DNA of 64,000 nucleotides from an uncultured Spirochaetota bacterium (GTDB lineage Bacteria > Spirochaetota > UBA4802 > UBA5550). Under the pieces are notes generated by a model. It saw only the letters and a list, made by a program, of their open reading frames with translations. It was not told where the DNA came from and ran no database searches. Position numbers and translations under genes: made by a program. The stretch lies in contig CAWHAA010000010.1 of NCBI GenBank assembly GCA_963827275.1, forward strand, positions 96,001 through 160,000, given 5' to 3'. Of the stretch, positions 9,038-18,913 are shown piece by piece (within the stretch, counting starts at the first letter, position 1; each line of letters begins with the position of its first letter).

Positions 9038-9856
9038 ATGGACCTGGAAGAGTTTTTTGACCGGAAGCAGATCATAAAATTGAAAATAGCCGAGAAACAG
9101 CTTGTCATAAAGGAGCTCGTCGACAAGCTCCATGACCTCGGCCGCATTAACAATAAAGAGCGCTATTACGCCCAGGTGATCCACAGGGAATCCCTTGAGA
9201 ATACCGGCATCGGGAACGGCCTGGCGATCCCCCATGCGCGCACCGAGTCCGTCTCGGACCTGATCTCGGTGTTCGGGATACTGGAAAAGCCGATCGACTA
9301 CCAGTCGATCGACGACAAGCCGGTGCGGTACGTCCTCCTGAGCATTTTCCCCACCGAGATGAGCACCAAGTACCTGTACCTCATCGGGATGATGGCACGC
9401 ATATTCTCCGACAGGCAAAAAAGAAAGATCATGGACAGCGAGCCGACGCCGGCAAAGGTGTACTCCTTCCTGAAAAAAGAAGCAAAAGCCTATTACGAGT
9501 CAATATCGGTCAAGAACAAGCCGAGGCCCGGCAAGCCCGAAAACCTGTCTGGCGTGCCCTCGTCAGACCTTGACCTCCTGATACGCCTTGACAGCCTGTA
9601 CAAGGTCCTCGATGAAGGGAACAAGAGCGAGTCGCTCGTTAAAAAGATAGACTCGATGAAAAAGCTGATCGACAACCGCTCCCTCACCTACTACGAGCGG
9701 ATGCGGAAGAAGCGGGACAATCCCTTTTCAATCGTCGAGAAAAACAGCTGCTCCGGGTGCCACATGGAGATACCGCCTTTTTATATCGAGCAGATCAAGG
9801 ACCGCAAGGGGATATCGCTCTGCACCCACTGCGGAAGGTTTTTGATACTGCTGTAA
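9038..9856 (+). CDS. PTS EIIA (Ntr/Fru-type) domain fused to a C4 zinc-ribbon domain
   Basis: RESLENTGIGNGLAIPHAR phospho-His motif; C-terminal CSGC...CTHCGRFL. Confidence 0.85.
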   Translation: MDLEEFFDRKQIIKLKIAEKQLVIKELVDKLHDLGRINNKERYYAQVIHRESLENTGIGNGLAIPHARTESVSDLISVFGILEKPIDYQSIDDKPVRYVLLSIFPTEMSTKYLYLIGMMARIFSDRQKRKIMDSEPTPAKVYSFLKKEAKAYYESISVKNKPRPGKPENLSGVPSSDLDLLIRLDSLYKVLDEGNKSESLVKKIDSMKKLIDNRSLTYYERMRKKRDNPFSIVEKNSCSGCHMEIPPFYIEQIKDRKGISLCTHCGRFLILL

Positions 9857-9978
9857 ATTCATTCCTGTCCCCGGATGGGGCGCGAAATAACATCATTCCT
9901 CGTTACTTTGCCGGGATGCCCGGCGGGCGATTAATGACGAGCGGACGCAGGCTCCTCCCTTTTTATTCCCTCAATCGT

Positions 9979-10060
9979 CGGGGGGCGAAATGGGCGGGTT
10001 GCCCGCCCAGACCTTCGCATAGGGGGGCCGTTACACGACGGCCCCCCTATGAACCCCCCG
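9979..10060. repeat. branched palindromic element
   Basis: Outer stem cgggggg/ccccccg enclosing a gcgaa..ttcgc hairpin and a perfect 14-bp hairpin cataggggggccgt/acggcccccctatg. Confidence 0.6.
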
Positions 10061-10171
10061 CGTGGTCGCTCAAACGCCGCGTCAGGCTGATGCTTATGTA
10101 GGTTACTTATTCACGCCTCGTGTGCATTTTGAATTCGGTAGCCGCTTGCAGGATTGCCAAGAGTGTAGTTA

Positions 10172-10270
10172 AGAAATTATCGGCTTTCGCTCCGGAAGCC
10201 GCATCCTGCGGCATCCTCGCATCGCCGGGCCTCCTGCCCGGCGGCTAAGCCGGTATCAACCGAAATTTCT
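10172..10270. repeat. MITE/REP-like nested palindrome
   Basis: Terminal inverted repeat agaaatt(a)tcgg / ccgaaatttct; internal hairpins gccgc-ATCCT-gcggc and cgccgggc-CTCCT-gcccggcg. Confidence 0.6.
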
Positions 10271-10271
10271 C

Positions 10272-10300
10272 TTGCAAATAATGCTTACTGCTGTTATACT
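10272..10300 (+). promoter_or_regulatory. sigma70-type promoter with extended -10
   Basis: TTGCAA-17 nt-TATACT, with TG one base upstream of the -10 box. Confidence 0.6.
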
Positions 10301-10386
10301 ATTCCACGGGTAGACATTCGTTTCGACTTTTCATAAATTTTTATCAATTTTCACGGCGCGCGCGATCTTTCGGCAGGCTCAGGACA

Positions 10387-10491
10387 AGAATTTTAAGCCT
10401 CTGTCCGGCGCTTTTTGTGCCGGAGGGGTGTCGGCTTCAGATAAAACGCATCCAGCCGCATAGGCCGCAACCTATGAGGGTGTATTTTCTT
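10387..10491 (+). repeat. dispersed island repeat, copy A (internal deletion relative to C/D)
   Basis: agaattttaagcctctgtccggcgctttttgtgccggagggg..cttcagataaaacgcat..ttttct. Confidence 0.85.
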
Positions 10492-10526
10492 ATGTATTAA
10501 ATTATTCTATTATTCGGGAGAGCGCA

Positions 10527-11918
10527 ATGATACCATGCAGGTTAAAAAGGACAGGATATGCATCTGGATTGATTATTTTTTTCATTGTATTGATGCTGGC
10601 GTTATCAGACGTACAGGCACAGACGGTAAATCCTCAAGATACCCTCAAGCAATATACTGCTGAATTAAAAAAGAATCCTGATAATTATGCCTTGCGGGAA
10701 AAAATCATCAAGCTTGCCCGAACCATAAAACCTGCACCTGCTATACCTGCCGATGCGGAAAACTCTGTCAAACGGGCGGAATCTGCATTCAATAAAGCCA
10801 AAACCGGGGCCGATTTCGCACAAGCAGCGAAGGAGTATGAGAAAGCACTCCTCGTCGCTCCATGGGTGCCTGATTACTATTATAATTGCGCAATCACCTA
10901 TGAAAAAGCTTCGAAACCGGAAGAAGCAATGCGTAATTATGAGCTCTATCTGACCGCAGTGCCCTATACTGCGGATGCGGGTGCTATACGCAAACGCATC
11001 TCGGATCTTGAGAAGCAGGCACAGGTGTCGAATTCTCGGGATGCCCTTAAACAGCATATAGCCGATTTAAAAAAGAATCCTGATAATTATGCGTTGCGGG
11101 AGAAAATAATCAAGCTTGTCAGAAGCATGACACCAGCTCCGGCCATGCCTTCTGATGCGCAAAATTATGCCAAAAGTGCGGAATCAGCATTCAACAAAGC
11201 CAAAACCGAAGCAGATTTCACACGAGCAGCGAAGGAGTATGAGAAAGCACTCCTCGTCGCACCATGGGTGCCTGACTACTATTATAATTGCGCCGTCACC
11301 TATGAAAAAGCTTCGAAACCGGAAGAAGCACTGCGTAATTATGATCTCTATCTGACCGCTGCCCCCAATACTGGGGATGCAAATGCCATACGAAAACATA
11401 TCGACGAACTTGAGAATCAGGCATATCGGGCTAAAAAATATGAAAAGGGATATGATTATAAAGAGAAAAAAAGAGACGAGCTTTTACTCCTGAACGCACA
11501 GAAATCAACCGTTGGAGCGTGGGCCATGTCATTTTTCATTGGAGCATTTACCCCCTTCCTCGGAAGCGGTCAGTACTTTGCTGAATCGTACGGGACGGCC
11601 GTATGCACTACGCTTATCGGGCTTGCTTCGTATGGAATATTCCTGGGTGGAGTGGTTCCGGAAGAAAATGCATCAGAGAATAGAATCAAGGAAAAAAGAA
11701 AACTCACGATTGCCGGTGGTGTGATATTTACCGCTGTCTGGTTTTTTGACTGGATATACGCGCCGCTGGCCACGATGAAATATAATGAGAAGTTGAAGGA
11801 AAAATTCTCGTCATCGACAGGTTCGATTGTTCCACTGTTTTCGTATGTTCCGCAATTTTCTTACAAATTATCAGATGTCGACCATGTTGTAAAGTTGGGG
11901 CTGTCTATGCGGTTTTGA
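10527..11918 (+). CDS. secreted protein with duplicated TPR module and C-terminal P13-like membrane domain
   Basis: Signal peptide; two copies of a module 402 bp apart; hydrophobic C-terminal domain with GSGQYF and YNEKLK; ends in F. Confidence 0.8.
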   Translation: MIPCRLKRTGYASGLIIFFIVLMLALSDVQAQTVNPQDTLKQYTAELKKNPDNYALREKIIKLARTIKPAPAIPADAENSVKRAESAFNKAKTGADFAQAAKEYEKALLVAPWVPDYYYNCAITYEKASKPEEAMRNYELYLTAVPYTADAGAIRKRISDLEKQAQVSNSRDALKQHIADLKKNPDNYALREKIIKLVRSMTPAPAMPSDAQNYAKSAESAFNKAKTEADFTRAAKEYEKALLVAPWVPDYYYNCAVTYEKASKPEEALRNYDLYLTAAPNTGDANAIRKHIDELENQAYRAKKYEKGYDYKEKKRDELLLLNAQKSTVGAWAMSFFIGAFTPFLGSGQYFAESYGTAVCTTLIGLASYGIFLGGVVPEENASENRIKEKRKLTIAGGVIFTAVWFFDWIYAPLATMKYNEKLKEKFSSSTGSIVPLFSYVPQFSYKLSDVDHVVKLGLSMRF

Positions 11919-12052
11919 ATTTTGAGCAGGGTGCCCCTCGGTTGGTGCTGGATTATCTAACCTCTATGAAGTATTTTAATTATCCAGGATGTTACGGCCA
12001 CACCAGCACCGCCCGATGAGTAGGGTCAGGAGATGGCGCCGTTGGCATCACC

Positions 12053-12121
12053 AGAGGGGGACATCTTCAGATAAAACGCATTCTGCCTCTTGCGACGGAA
12101 CTGATGGCAGGGCAATTTCCC
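12053..12121 (+). repeat. dispersed island repeat, copy B (3' half only)
   Basis: agagggggacatcttcagataaaacgcattctg..gaactga..tttccc aligns without gaps to the 3' part of copy A. Confidence 0.7.
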
Positions 12122-12260
12122 GGTTGATCATTAACAATTTCCATTGATTTTGAGATGATTTTTTTCATTATAATATATAATATATCAGTATCGTTTTAAC
12201 AGGCACAGTGCCCTGTTATTTTATTTATCAAATCAGATTCCACATATCTATCCAGAAAGG

Positions 12261-13361
12261 ATGAATTTTATGAAAAGAAACATTACTGCCACAATGAGAT
12301 TGTCCATCTTCTTAATGACTGCTTTGATATCGTTATTATTTTCCTTTGCCTGTAACAGAAGCGTCACCCCAGCTACCGATGATAGCGGTACCATGAATTT
12401 TTACTTTGGCAATATCCACAGTCACACCGGGCTTTCCGATGGCGAGGGCACGCCCGATGAAGCGTTCTCATGGGCGCGCGATGCGGCAAAGTATGATTTT
12501 TATATAAATACCGACCATGGCGAATACCTGTTCCAGGAACAGTGGGACAGCATCGGAGAATCTGCCGACGCATTTAATGAAGATGGAGCGTTTACGGCGA
12601 TAAGAGGATTTGAATACTCGGAGCCTCTGACCGGACACGCCTGTGTGTACAACACGGATTCCTTTACCGGGGCGGTATTAATGCCAATTTTTACGACATT
12701 CTACACATGGCTTGATCAAATAAATGGCCTCGCCGTATTCAACCATCCAGGCGATTTTGGCGATTTTAACAAATTACAATATTACGAAAAAGTCGCGGAT
12801 AATTTTTTCGGAATAGAAACAGGCAACGGCTCTGATGCCAACAATGACGGCACCTATCTTGATTACTATACGTTGGCCCTTGATAATGGATGGAGAGTGG
12901 CTCCGGTAAGCAACCAGGACAACCACTCCTTTTCCACAAACTCCCACAGGACCGTTATGGTATGTGAAAACCTGACCAGAGATGACATTTATGGCGCTAT
13001 GGCGGCTCGAAGAGTCTATTCTTCGGACGATCCCAACATGAAGATTGTTTTCAAGGCGAATGACGAATGGATGGGTTCGGAAATAAATGTTTCTGAAAAT
13101 AGCGTGGCCTTCACCGTCACTGTAACAGACGACGAGCCAATAACAAAAATGGAGCTGGTTACCGGGGAAGGAGTTGTTGCTTCGGAAATCTCATTTATTG
13201 ACAATAATGGATCGGCGGAATGGGTGCCAACGGTCGCCGTAAATGGAAGCACATACTTCTTTCTCAAGGTATACGAGACGAACCAGCTCGATGCGGATGA
13301 TCCAGGCGACGTTCAGATTGCGGTTACCGCGCCAATATGGATTACCGTATCTGGAATGTAA
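12261..13361 (+). CDS. PHP-fold metallohydrolase lipoprotein (CehA/McbA-like)
   Basis: Lipobox SFAC; GNIHSHTGLSDG, TDH, GFEY, NHP, NQDNH; beta-rich C-terminal domain. Confidence 0.8.
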   Translation: MNFMKRNITATMRLSIFLMTALISLLFSFACNRSVTPATDDSGTMNFYFGNIHSHTGLSDGEGTPDEAFSWARDAAKYDFYINTDHGEYLFQEQWDSIGESADAFNEDGAFTAIRGFEYSEPLTGHACVYNTDSFTGAVLMPIFTTFYTWLDQINGLAVFNHPGDFGDFNKLQYYEKVADNFFGIETGNGSDANNDGTYLDYYTLALDNGWRVAPVSNQDNHSFSTNSHRTVMVCENLTRDDIYGAMAARRVYSSDDPNMKIVFKANDEWMGSEINVSENSVAFTVTVTDDEPITKMELVTGEGVVASEISFIDNNGSAEWVPTVAVNGSTYFFLKVYETNQLDADDPGDVQIAVTAPIWITVSGM

Positions 13362-13582
13362 GCCGTCTGCCCAAATCTTTTTGTGTTGAAGAATCTCAGG
13401 TGCCCGGGAGAGTTCTCCTGAAGCCAATTGTGACCCCCGGGCCTCTGCTGATGAGGTCACAGCTTCATATATATTAATATGTTGTAACGATTGATATATA
13501 AAATAATTTCAATCATCGGATTTCATCGCACTATTGTTATACCGGGTGACCTGCGATATCGGTACGATAAAGTTGAAATCGG

Positions 13583-15772
13583 CTATATTGCTATGTATTT
13601 ATTAGTGTCGATTCCGTACAGTTCGAAAAATATTTGATATAATTCGTATATGCTTCTTCTCGGATCATGTTTTTTTCTTACATCGCAGGCCGCGTTTTCT
13701 GAAATTGAGCCATACAATTCAGCGTTCTCGACTATTTCTCTTAAATGTTTTACCACACTCCCTTTTTCGGGTTCGGCCCATTCGCCTCCGGTATAAATTC
13801 CAGTCGGATCCTTGACGGGGACGATTTTATAATCCACCAGCAGGGAATTGCTGTTGTTGCAAATATCCATGCACCCTCCATAGGCAGTCGTAATTACCGG
13901 TTTGCCAAGGTACATGGATTCCAGGATGCCGAGTCCAAGCCCTTCCGACCGGTGAAGGGTGACATAGCAATCCGATGCATTCAATAATGAAATCCAATCA
14001 TTCCGCGACATGTTTTCATCTATCCAGATAATTTTTTTCCTGAGCCTTGCGGAATTAATGGCATCCCTGAATTCGCCGGACATGCTCTTGAACGATTCGG
14101 AATGCACGCTTTTAAGAACAAGCTTCACATTATCTTTGGAATCGAAAGCACTATCAAAGGCCTCGATGACCTGGATAGGATTTTTACGTATCATGGAACT
14201 GTGAAAATCAAAGCTGAAAATAAACACGAATTCCCCGGGTCCGATATTCAATTTATTTCTTACAATATCACGTTCGGTAATTCTGTTCCAGTTCGGATAA
14301 AACGGGTAGGTTATTTTACTTATCTTGATTTTCGAAAAAGGTTCTATTGAAGATTTTACAAAATCAGAACAAACCAGTATTCTGTCAACATAATTGAAGC
14401 TTTCCTTGAAGGGGAAATGGTTATTGACCTCCCACCACCACACGCCAATATTATATTTATTTTCAAAATATTCCGGGTATTTATTTGCCGCAATCGGTAC
14501 CTGATCGGCGTTAATGAAAGAAAGAGTTATATCCGACAGTGGCCGGGTATGTTTGAATCTTTTTAAATATGACAATTCACATTCCGGCACCTGGGCATGC
14601 CCCGGTTCTATTACGTCCAGCAGCGTGAAATAAATTCCGGATCTGCATAAAACTTTCAAGAAAGAGCGGGCCACTTCGGAAATACCCAGAGTATGTGAAA
14701 AGTAGCCCGCAATGTTTAACTTAATCATTTTGCTGAATTCAACATAATTGTTTAAAAGGCCGATGTAATCGGCCGAAGATCCGTGCGCGCCGGTATTGTC
14801 ATATGAATGTTTCCATAGGTTGAGAAAAATATTTTTCTTTTTTGAATATTTTTCGGGTTTCTTGCAGGAAATAACATTTTGATAATTAACGAACAATTTC
14901 TTTAAATCAGGCTTTTCTTCCAATGTAAATCTATTTTGATACTTCGATATGCTGTTTAAATTATCAAGCTGGATCCCGCTGAAATGGTAAAATACGATTT
15001 TTTCTCCATCAATTGTCCATGCATTATTCTCCAGTTTTATTTCTCTTTCATGCAGATTCCAATATGCAACATTGTACTTCTTGTTCTTAAGTATTTTTAC
15101 GTTTTCAAAATAAATCGGGACGAAATCGATCCATTTTTGATCGACAAACATCCCTCCTTCAAAATTAATATAGCAAAAATTGAACAGCCGCATTTTCCAC
15201 CATAAGATGAATTTTCTTGACTCTTCGCTATTACTGATTGCGATGAATCCCAGATTATAGATTCCTGTTTTAAGAATGTCCTGTTCCGACAGCCCTTTTG
15301 AATCCAGTGGCAATTCGGTTAAAATATGCGGAGTTAAAACTATATTATGATTGGTTAAATATTCATCAATTTCATCAATTGCCGATAAGACAATGATATC
15401 CGGATCAAGGTATACAATCTTTTCATACCCCCTGGCGATGAGGTAGTCAAAAACAAACGGTTTAAACGCGGTATTTAATTCAACTATGTTATATCTGCAG
15501 AGCATATCCTCAAGCTCGGCAAATTCAAAATGTTCTCTTATGCCATAAAGAGAAACCAATTCATATCCTTTTGCATATGCTTCAACGGCTTCGACTAGAT
15601 CGTTTATGTCTTCGAATATATCTGTAATATATATCATAAAATCCCAGTGGGGATTATGTTTCAGAAATGACTCGGCGAGCACCTTTCCGAAATGCAGATA
15701 GTTTTTCGACAGGATTGTATACGCGATGCGTTTTTTTTGATCCTGGAAATCAAGGAATAGTCTGTTTTTCAT
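13583..15772 (-). CDS. bifunctional glycosyltransferase (GT-A domain + GT4-type GT-B domain)
   Basis: YLDPD, GIYNLGF, FVDQKW, YNVAYWN in the N-terminal half; RKNP and HRSEGLGLGILESMYLGKPVI in the C-terminal half. Confidence 0.88.
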   Translation of the reverse strand: MKNRLFLDFQDQKKRIAYTILSKNYLHFGKVLAESFLKHNPHWDFMIYITDIFEDINDLVEAVEAYAKGYELVSLYGIREHFEFAELEDMLCRYNIVELNTAFKPFVFDYLIARGYEKIVYLDPDIIVLSAIDEIDEYLTNHNIVLTPHILTELPLDSKGLSEQDILKTGIYNLGFIAISNSEESRKFILWWKMRLFNFCYINFEGGMFVDQKWIDFVPIYFENVKILKNKKYNVAYWNLHEREIKLENNAWTIDGEKIVFYHFSGIQLDNLNSISKYQNRFTLEEKPDLKKLFVNYQNVISCKKPEKYSKKKNIFLNLWKHSYDNTGAHGSSADYIGLLNNYVEFSKMIKLNIAGYFSHTLGISEVARSFLKVLCRSGIYFTLLDVIEPGHAQVPECELSYLKRFKHTRPLSDITLSFINADQVPIAANKYPEYFENKYNIGVWWWEVNNHFPFKESFNYVDRILVCSDFVKSSIEPFSKIKISKITYPFYPNWNRITERDIVRNKLNIGPGEFVFIFSFDFHSSMIRKNPIQVIEAFDSAFDSKDNVKLVLKSVHSESFKSMSGEFRDAINSARLRKKIIWIDENMSRNDWISLLNASDCYVTLHRSEGLGLGILESMYLGKPVITTAYGGCMDICNNSNSLLVDYKIVPVKDPTGIYTGGEWAEPEKGSVVKHLREIVENAELYGSISENAACDVRKKHDPRRSIYELYQIFFELYGIDTNKYIAI

Positions 15773-15879
15773 CCACCCCCCCTGGGCCAGATAAAATCAT
15801 ACGATTAAAATATAATAATATAAAACCTGTTCCCATATAATCAAACCGGCTGTTTCGGTATATGGTGCATCCGCCATGG

Positions 15880-17499
15880 TCATGGTTTGTACGCAATTAT
15901 TGAGTAATCCAGTTCCATGTTGAAAAGTTTTAAAAGAGGACCTGGCATATCTTCCATTTGATTTGGCATGTCGGGCGGATGCAGTCGAATTATTTCAATA
16001 TTGCCGAATCCTCTTGCTTCAGCTATGAACTTCAGGGTATTGGGAGGAATCGGATTTTTATGTGTCGGATCTGCATAGAAATTACAGGAACCCACCAGTA
16101 AATTTTCAGGATTGGGAGTCTCAAGAATAAGCATTCCTCCTGATTTGAGAATGCGTACGCATTCGTCGAGCAGTGAAATTATTGATTCAAATTGTAAATG
16201 TTCAATAATGTGAAATCCGGTAATTACGCCGAAGCTGTTTTCATTTTGATTGCGCAAATAGCCAATGGCATCGGTCTCAACAACGGAAAGGCCCCGGTCC
16301 ATGCATTCACTTATCATCAAGGTATTGGAGTCTATGCCTGTTGCAGTAAAATTGTTTTCCTTAAGCAGCTCCAGCCATTCGCCCCGTCCGCATCCTATGT
16401 CGAGGATCGGCCATTGCATTGAATAGTTTTCACGCGCCGGCAGATACGGTATATACGCCTGCGCCCGATTTTTAATAACTTCCCGGGTTCCCCTGAACCG
16501 GTCCTCGAAAGACACATACAACGCGTCATAGAGATGATTTTTTTCTTCCAGGATATTTGAAATTTGCTCTGGTGAAAAAGGCTCCGGCATTCTCTTGCTC
16601 GCCTCTTCCAGCAAAAGAGCATGCCTTCGCTGCTGGTCCAGTACGTTGCGTTTTTGATCCAATATTTCAGATTTTGTTTCCGATAATTCCTGGTTGAGTT
16701 TGATGAGTTCATTCTGCAATAATTGCTTTTCTTCCCTTAAGGATAATAACATGTCTTTTAAGGATATGATCTCATCTCCAATCATTTTAAAATTCAATTC
16801 CTGATATACTGCTTTTTCATTGAAGGTCATTTTAATTTGAATAGCATCGTGTGCCACTTTCGTGTTTAGACGATCCAGTTTGCTATGCAATTTCGGGAGC
16901 TGTACCGCTATTATAAATAATCGGGCGCAATATCCCAGGAACGGCACCATCAGTGCCTTGTTTATGAGAAACCGCCTTCTCAATCCTTTTATGTTAATGC
17001 CATGTTCTATTCCTTCCTCTGTGTAAAACCTGATTCCGGCAAGAATATCGATTTTTGTTTTTGAACCGTCTCTTAGATGCTTGAGATACCCCTGGGAGCC
17101 TATTGGGTCAGGGTCGCGTTCAAGCAGCACCCGGTATGACTGAACAATAAATTCCTCGTCGTGATATGCCAGTAATGTTTTGAGTGTGTTGGCGGTGCGG
17201 TTGTTTTTTGTGATTTTATTGATAATCCCGGAATAAAGAAGGTTGTATGTGTTATTCATTCGCAATACATGGTTGAATTTCTCAAGGGTATGCCAGATAA
17301 AGGTGCTTTTTATTGCAGAGAAATTAAAGGGAGAGTCCTGTGAATTTGGCGACGGTGTTTCGCTGATGGAATTCACTCCATCCTGAATATTTTTACAAAT
17401 TTTTAATGGAGTATAATTTTTTGTCCTCAGGGCTGCATCGAGTCGCAACTTTTTCAGAACGCTTTCGATTTTGCTGTCATCTGTTAAATATCCGAACAT
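15880..17499 (-). CDS. class I SAM methyltransferase with DUF4214-like domain and coiled coil
   Basis: EFIVQSYRVLLERDPD; heptad-rich middle; FEDRFRG, ILDIGCGRGEWL, HIIEH, LETPNP, DPTH. Confidence 0.85.
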   Translation of the reverse strand: MFGYLTDDSKIESVLKKLRLDAALRTKNYTPLKICKNIQDGVNSISETPSPNSQDSPFNFSAIKSTFIWHTLEKFNHVLRMNNTYNLLYSGIINKITKNNRTANTLKTLLAYHDEEFIVQSYRVLLERDPDPIGSQGYLKHLRDGSKTKIDILAGIRFYTEEGIEHGINIKGLRRRFLINKALMVPFLGYCARLFIIAVQLPKLHSKLDRLNTKVAHDAIQIKMTFNEKAVYQELNFKMIGDEIISLKDMLLSLREEKQLLQNELIKLNQELSETKSEILDQKRNVLDQQRRHALLLEEASKRMPEPFSPEQISNILEEKNHLYDALYVSFEDRFRGTREVIKNRAQAYIPYLPARENYSMQWPILDIGCGRGEWLELLKENNFTATGIDSNTLMISECMDRGLSVVETDAIGYLRNQNENSFGVITGFHIIEHLQFESIISLLDECVRILKSGGMLILETPNPENLLVGSCNFYADPTHKNPIPPNTLKFIAEARGFGNIEIIRLHPPDMPNQMEDMPGPLLKLFNMELDYSIIAYKP

Positions 17500-17529
17500 A
17501 ATACACCACCACTCTTCAACTTTTACACA

Positions 17530-18741
17530 TTAATTTACATCACTCATTTCTTCGAAAAACACCGAGGGGTACATTTTGCTTACTCCGATAAAGAATTCCC
17601 CGACATTGCCCGCAACTTCAAAACCGGTATAATTATCACACCAATCGATGCAATGATCTATATGCGCGGGGCCCGTATGAAGAGCTATGGATAACGTATA
17701 TTTTCCGACGCCAATATTCATATGCATCGAATACACGCACCGGTAATGCTTTCCCTTGAGCATGAATATTTCTTTTTTATAATAATGAGTATTTGTGCCG
17801 TAGATGTCACGGCCGAATACATCGTTAATTTTTATCCCGGCTGATACATTTGGAAGGTCTTCATATGATTCAATGTCGATAATTATGCTGGTTTTTTCGC
17901 CGGAGCTGATAATGTTTGATCCTGATTTCTCACCTTGAATGGTGATTTTCTTAATTCTTGCCTCGTGAGTGCCATAGGATTGATTCGTATCGCATTTTGT
18001 CTTATTTTTTGCGTCTGGTTCCGGATTTCCTGCGATTAGGAAATTATATCTATTCACCACATCTTCCGGATTTCCTTTTATGGCAATTCTTCCATGATCA
18101 AGCAGCATCGCGCTGTCGCAAAGTACCTTTATGGCATTCAAGTCGTGTGAAACAAAGATAATTGAACCGCCGCTGTTTTTGAATTCGTCGATTTTTTTTA
18201 CGCATTTTTGCTGGAATCTCGCATCGCCAACCGACAGGGCTTCATCCACCAGAAAACATCCGGGATTGGCATGAATGGCGATTGAAAACGCGAGCCTCAT
18301 TACCATCCCCGATGAATAGGTCTTGATCGCTTCATAAATAAATTCGCCCAGCTCTGTAAAATCGATTATCCGGTCTTTTATCCTGTCAATTTCTCCCCGT
18401 GACATGCCCAGAAGCAGGCCATTCATGTATATATTTTCGATCCCGCTCATTTCGAAATTAAAACCGGTGCCCAGCTCCAGGAGGCAGGTAATTTTTCCAT
18501 CGACATGAAGTGAACCGGTGTCCGGAAGATATATTCCAGTCATGATTTTCAATAACGTGGATTTGCCAGCCCCGTTTTCACCGATAACGCCGAGTATCAT
18601 GCCATTTCCCACCTCGAATGAGACGTCTCTGAGGGCCCAGAACTCCGTATGATGTGATTTACGGAAGAATAATTCCTTCAGCCGGTCAGCTGGCGACCTG
18701 TATAATTTAAATTTCTTTGAAACCGAATCAACCCGGATCAT
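17530..18741 (-). CDS. wzt: polysaccharide ABC exporter ATPase with C-terminal Wzt_C domain
   Basis: Start re-called at MIRVDSVSK. GENGAGKST, YSSGM, DEALSVGD, VSHD; ~150-aa beta-rich C-terminal extension. Confidence 0.93.
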   Translation of the reverse strand: MIRVDSVSKKFKLYRSPADRLKELFFRKSHHTEFWALRDVSFEVGNGMILGVIGENGAGKSTLLKIMTGIYLPDTGSLHVDGKITCLLELGTGFNFEMSGIENIYMNGLLLGMSRGEIDRIKDRIIDFTELGEFIYEAIKTYSSGMVMRLAFSIAIHANPGCFLVDEALSVGDARFQQKCVKKIDEFKNSGGSIIFVSHDLNAIKVLCDSAMLLDHGRIAIKGNPEDVVNRYNFLIAGNPEPDAKNKTKCDTNQSYGTHEARIKKITIQGEKSGSNIISSGEKTSIIIDIESYEDLPNVSAGIKINDVFGRDIYGTNTHYYKKEIFMLKGKHYRCVYSMHMNIGVGKYTLSIALHTGPAHIDHCIDWCDNYTGFEVAGNVGEFFIGVSKMYPSVFFEEMSDVN

Positions 18742-18913
18742 TCGGCTAACCCCTGAAATAAATATGCACAGATAAAAATCAGACAGAAATAAATGCAGCT
18801 GGCGATGATATGCCAGATGCCGCTGTATTTCCCATGCGCATATTTTTTTATTAAAAACTGCAGCAATGAGAAAACAAGTGTAACGATCACTACGCATAGT
18901 ATAAGTGTCTTGA

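Noticed and set aside
9857..10526. tmRNA or RNase P RNA in the long intergenic region (GGGGGCGAAATGG resembles a tmRNA 5' end)
   Set aside because: No TTCGAC after the 5' motif, no tRNA-like 3' end, and no GAGGAAAGTCC on either strand.
11919..12050. Integron attC site after the TPR-P13 gene (ATCTAAC matches RYYYAAC; an imperfect inverted repeat is nearby)
   Set aside because: No complementary GTTRRRY at a suitable position, no similar site after the other island genes, and no intI.
13406..13466. Fluoride riboswitch or hammerhead ribozyme (GAGTTCTCC...GCTGATGA)
   Set aside because: Lacks the GATGG/pseudoknot partner and the GAAA core, and lies between convergent genes. It is only an interrupted hairpin.
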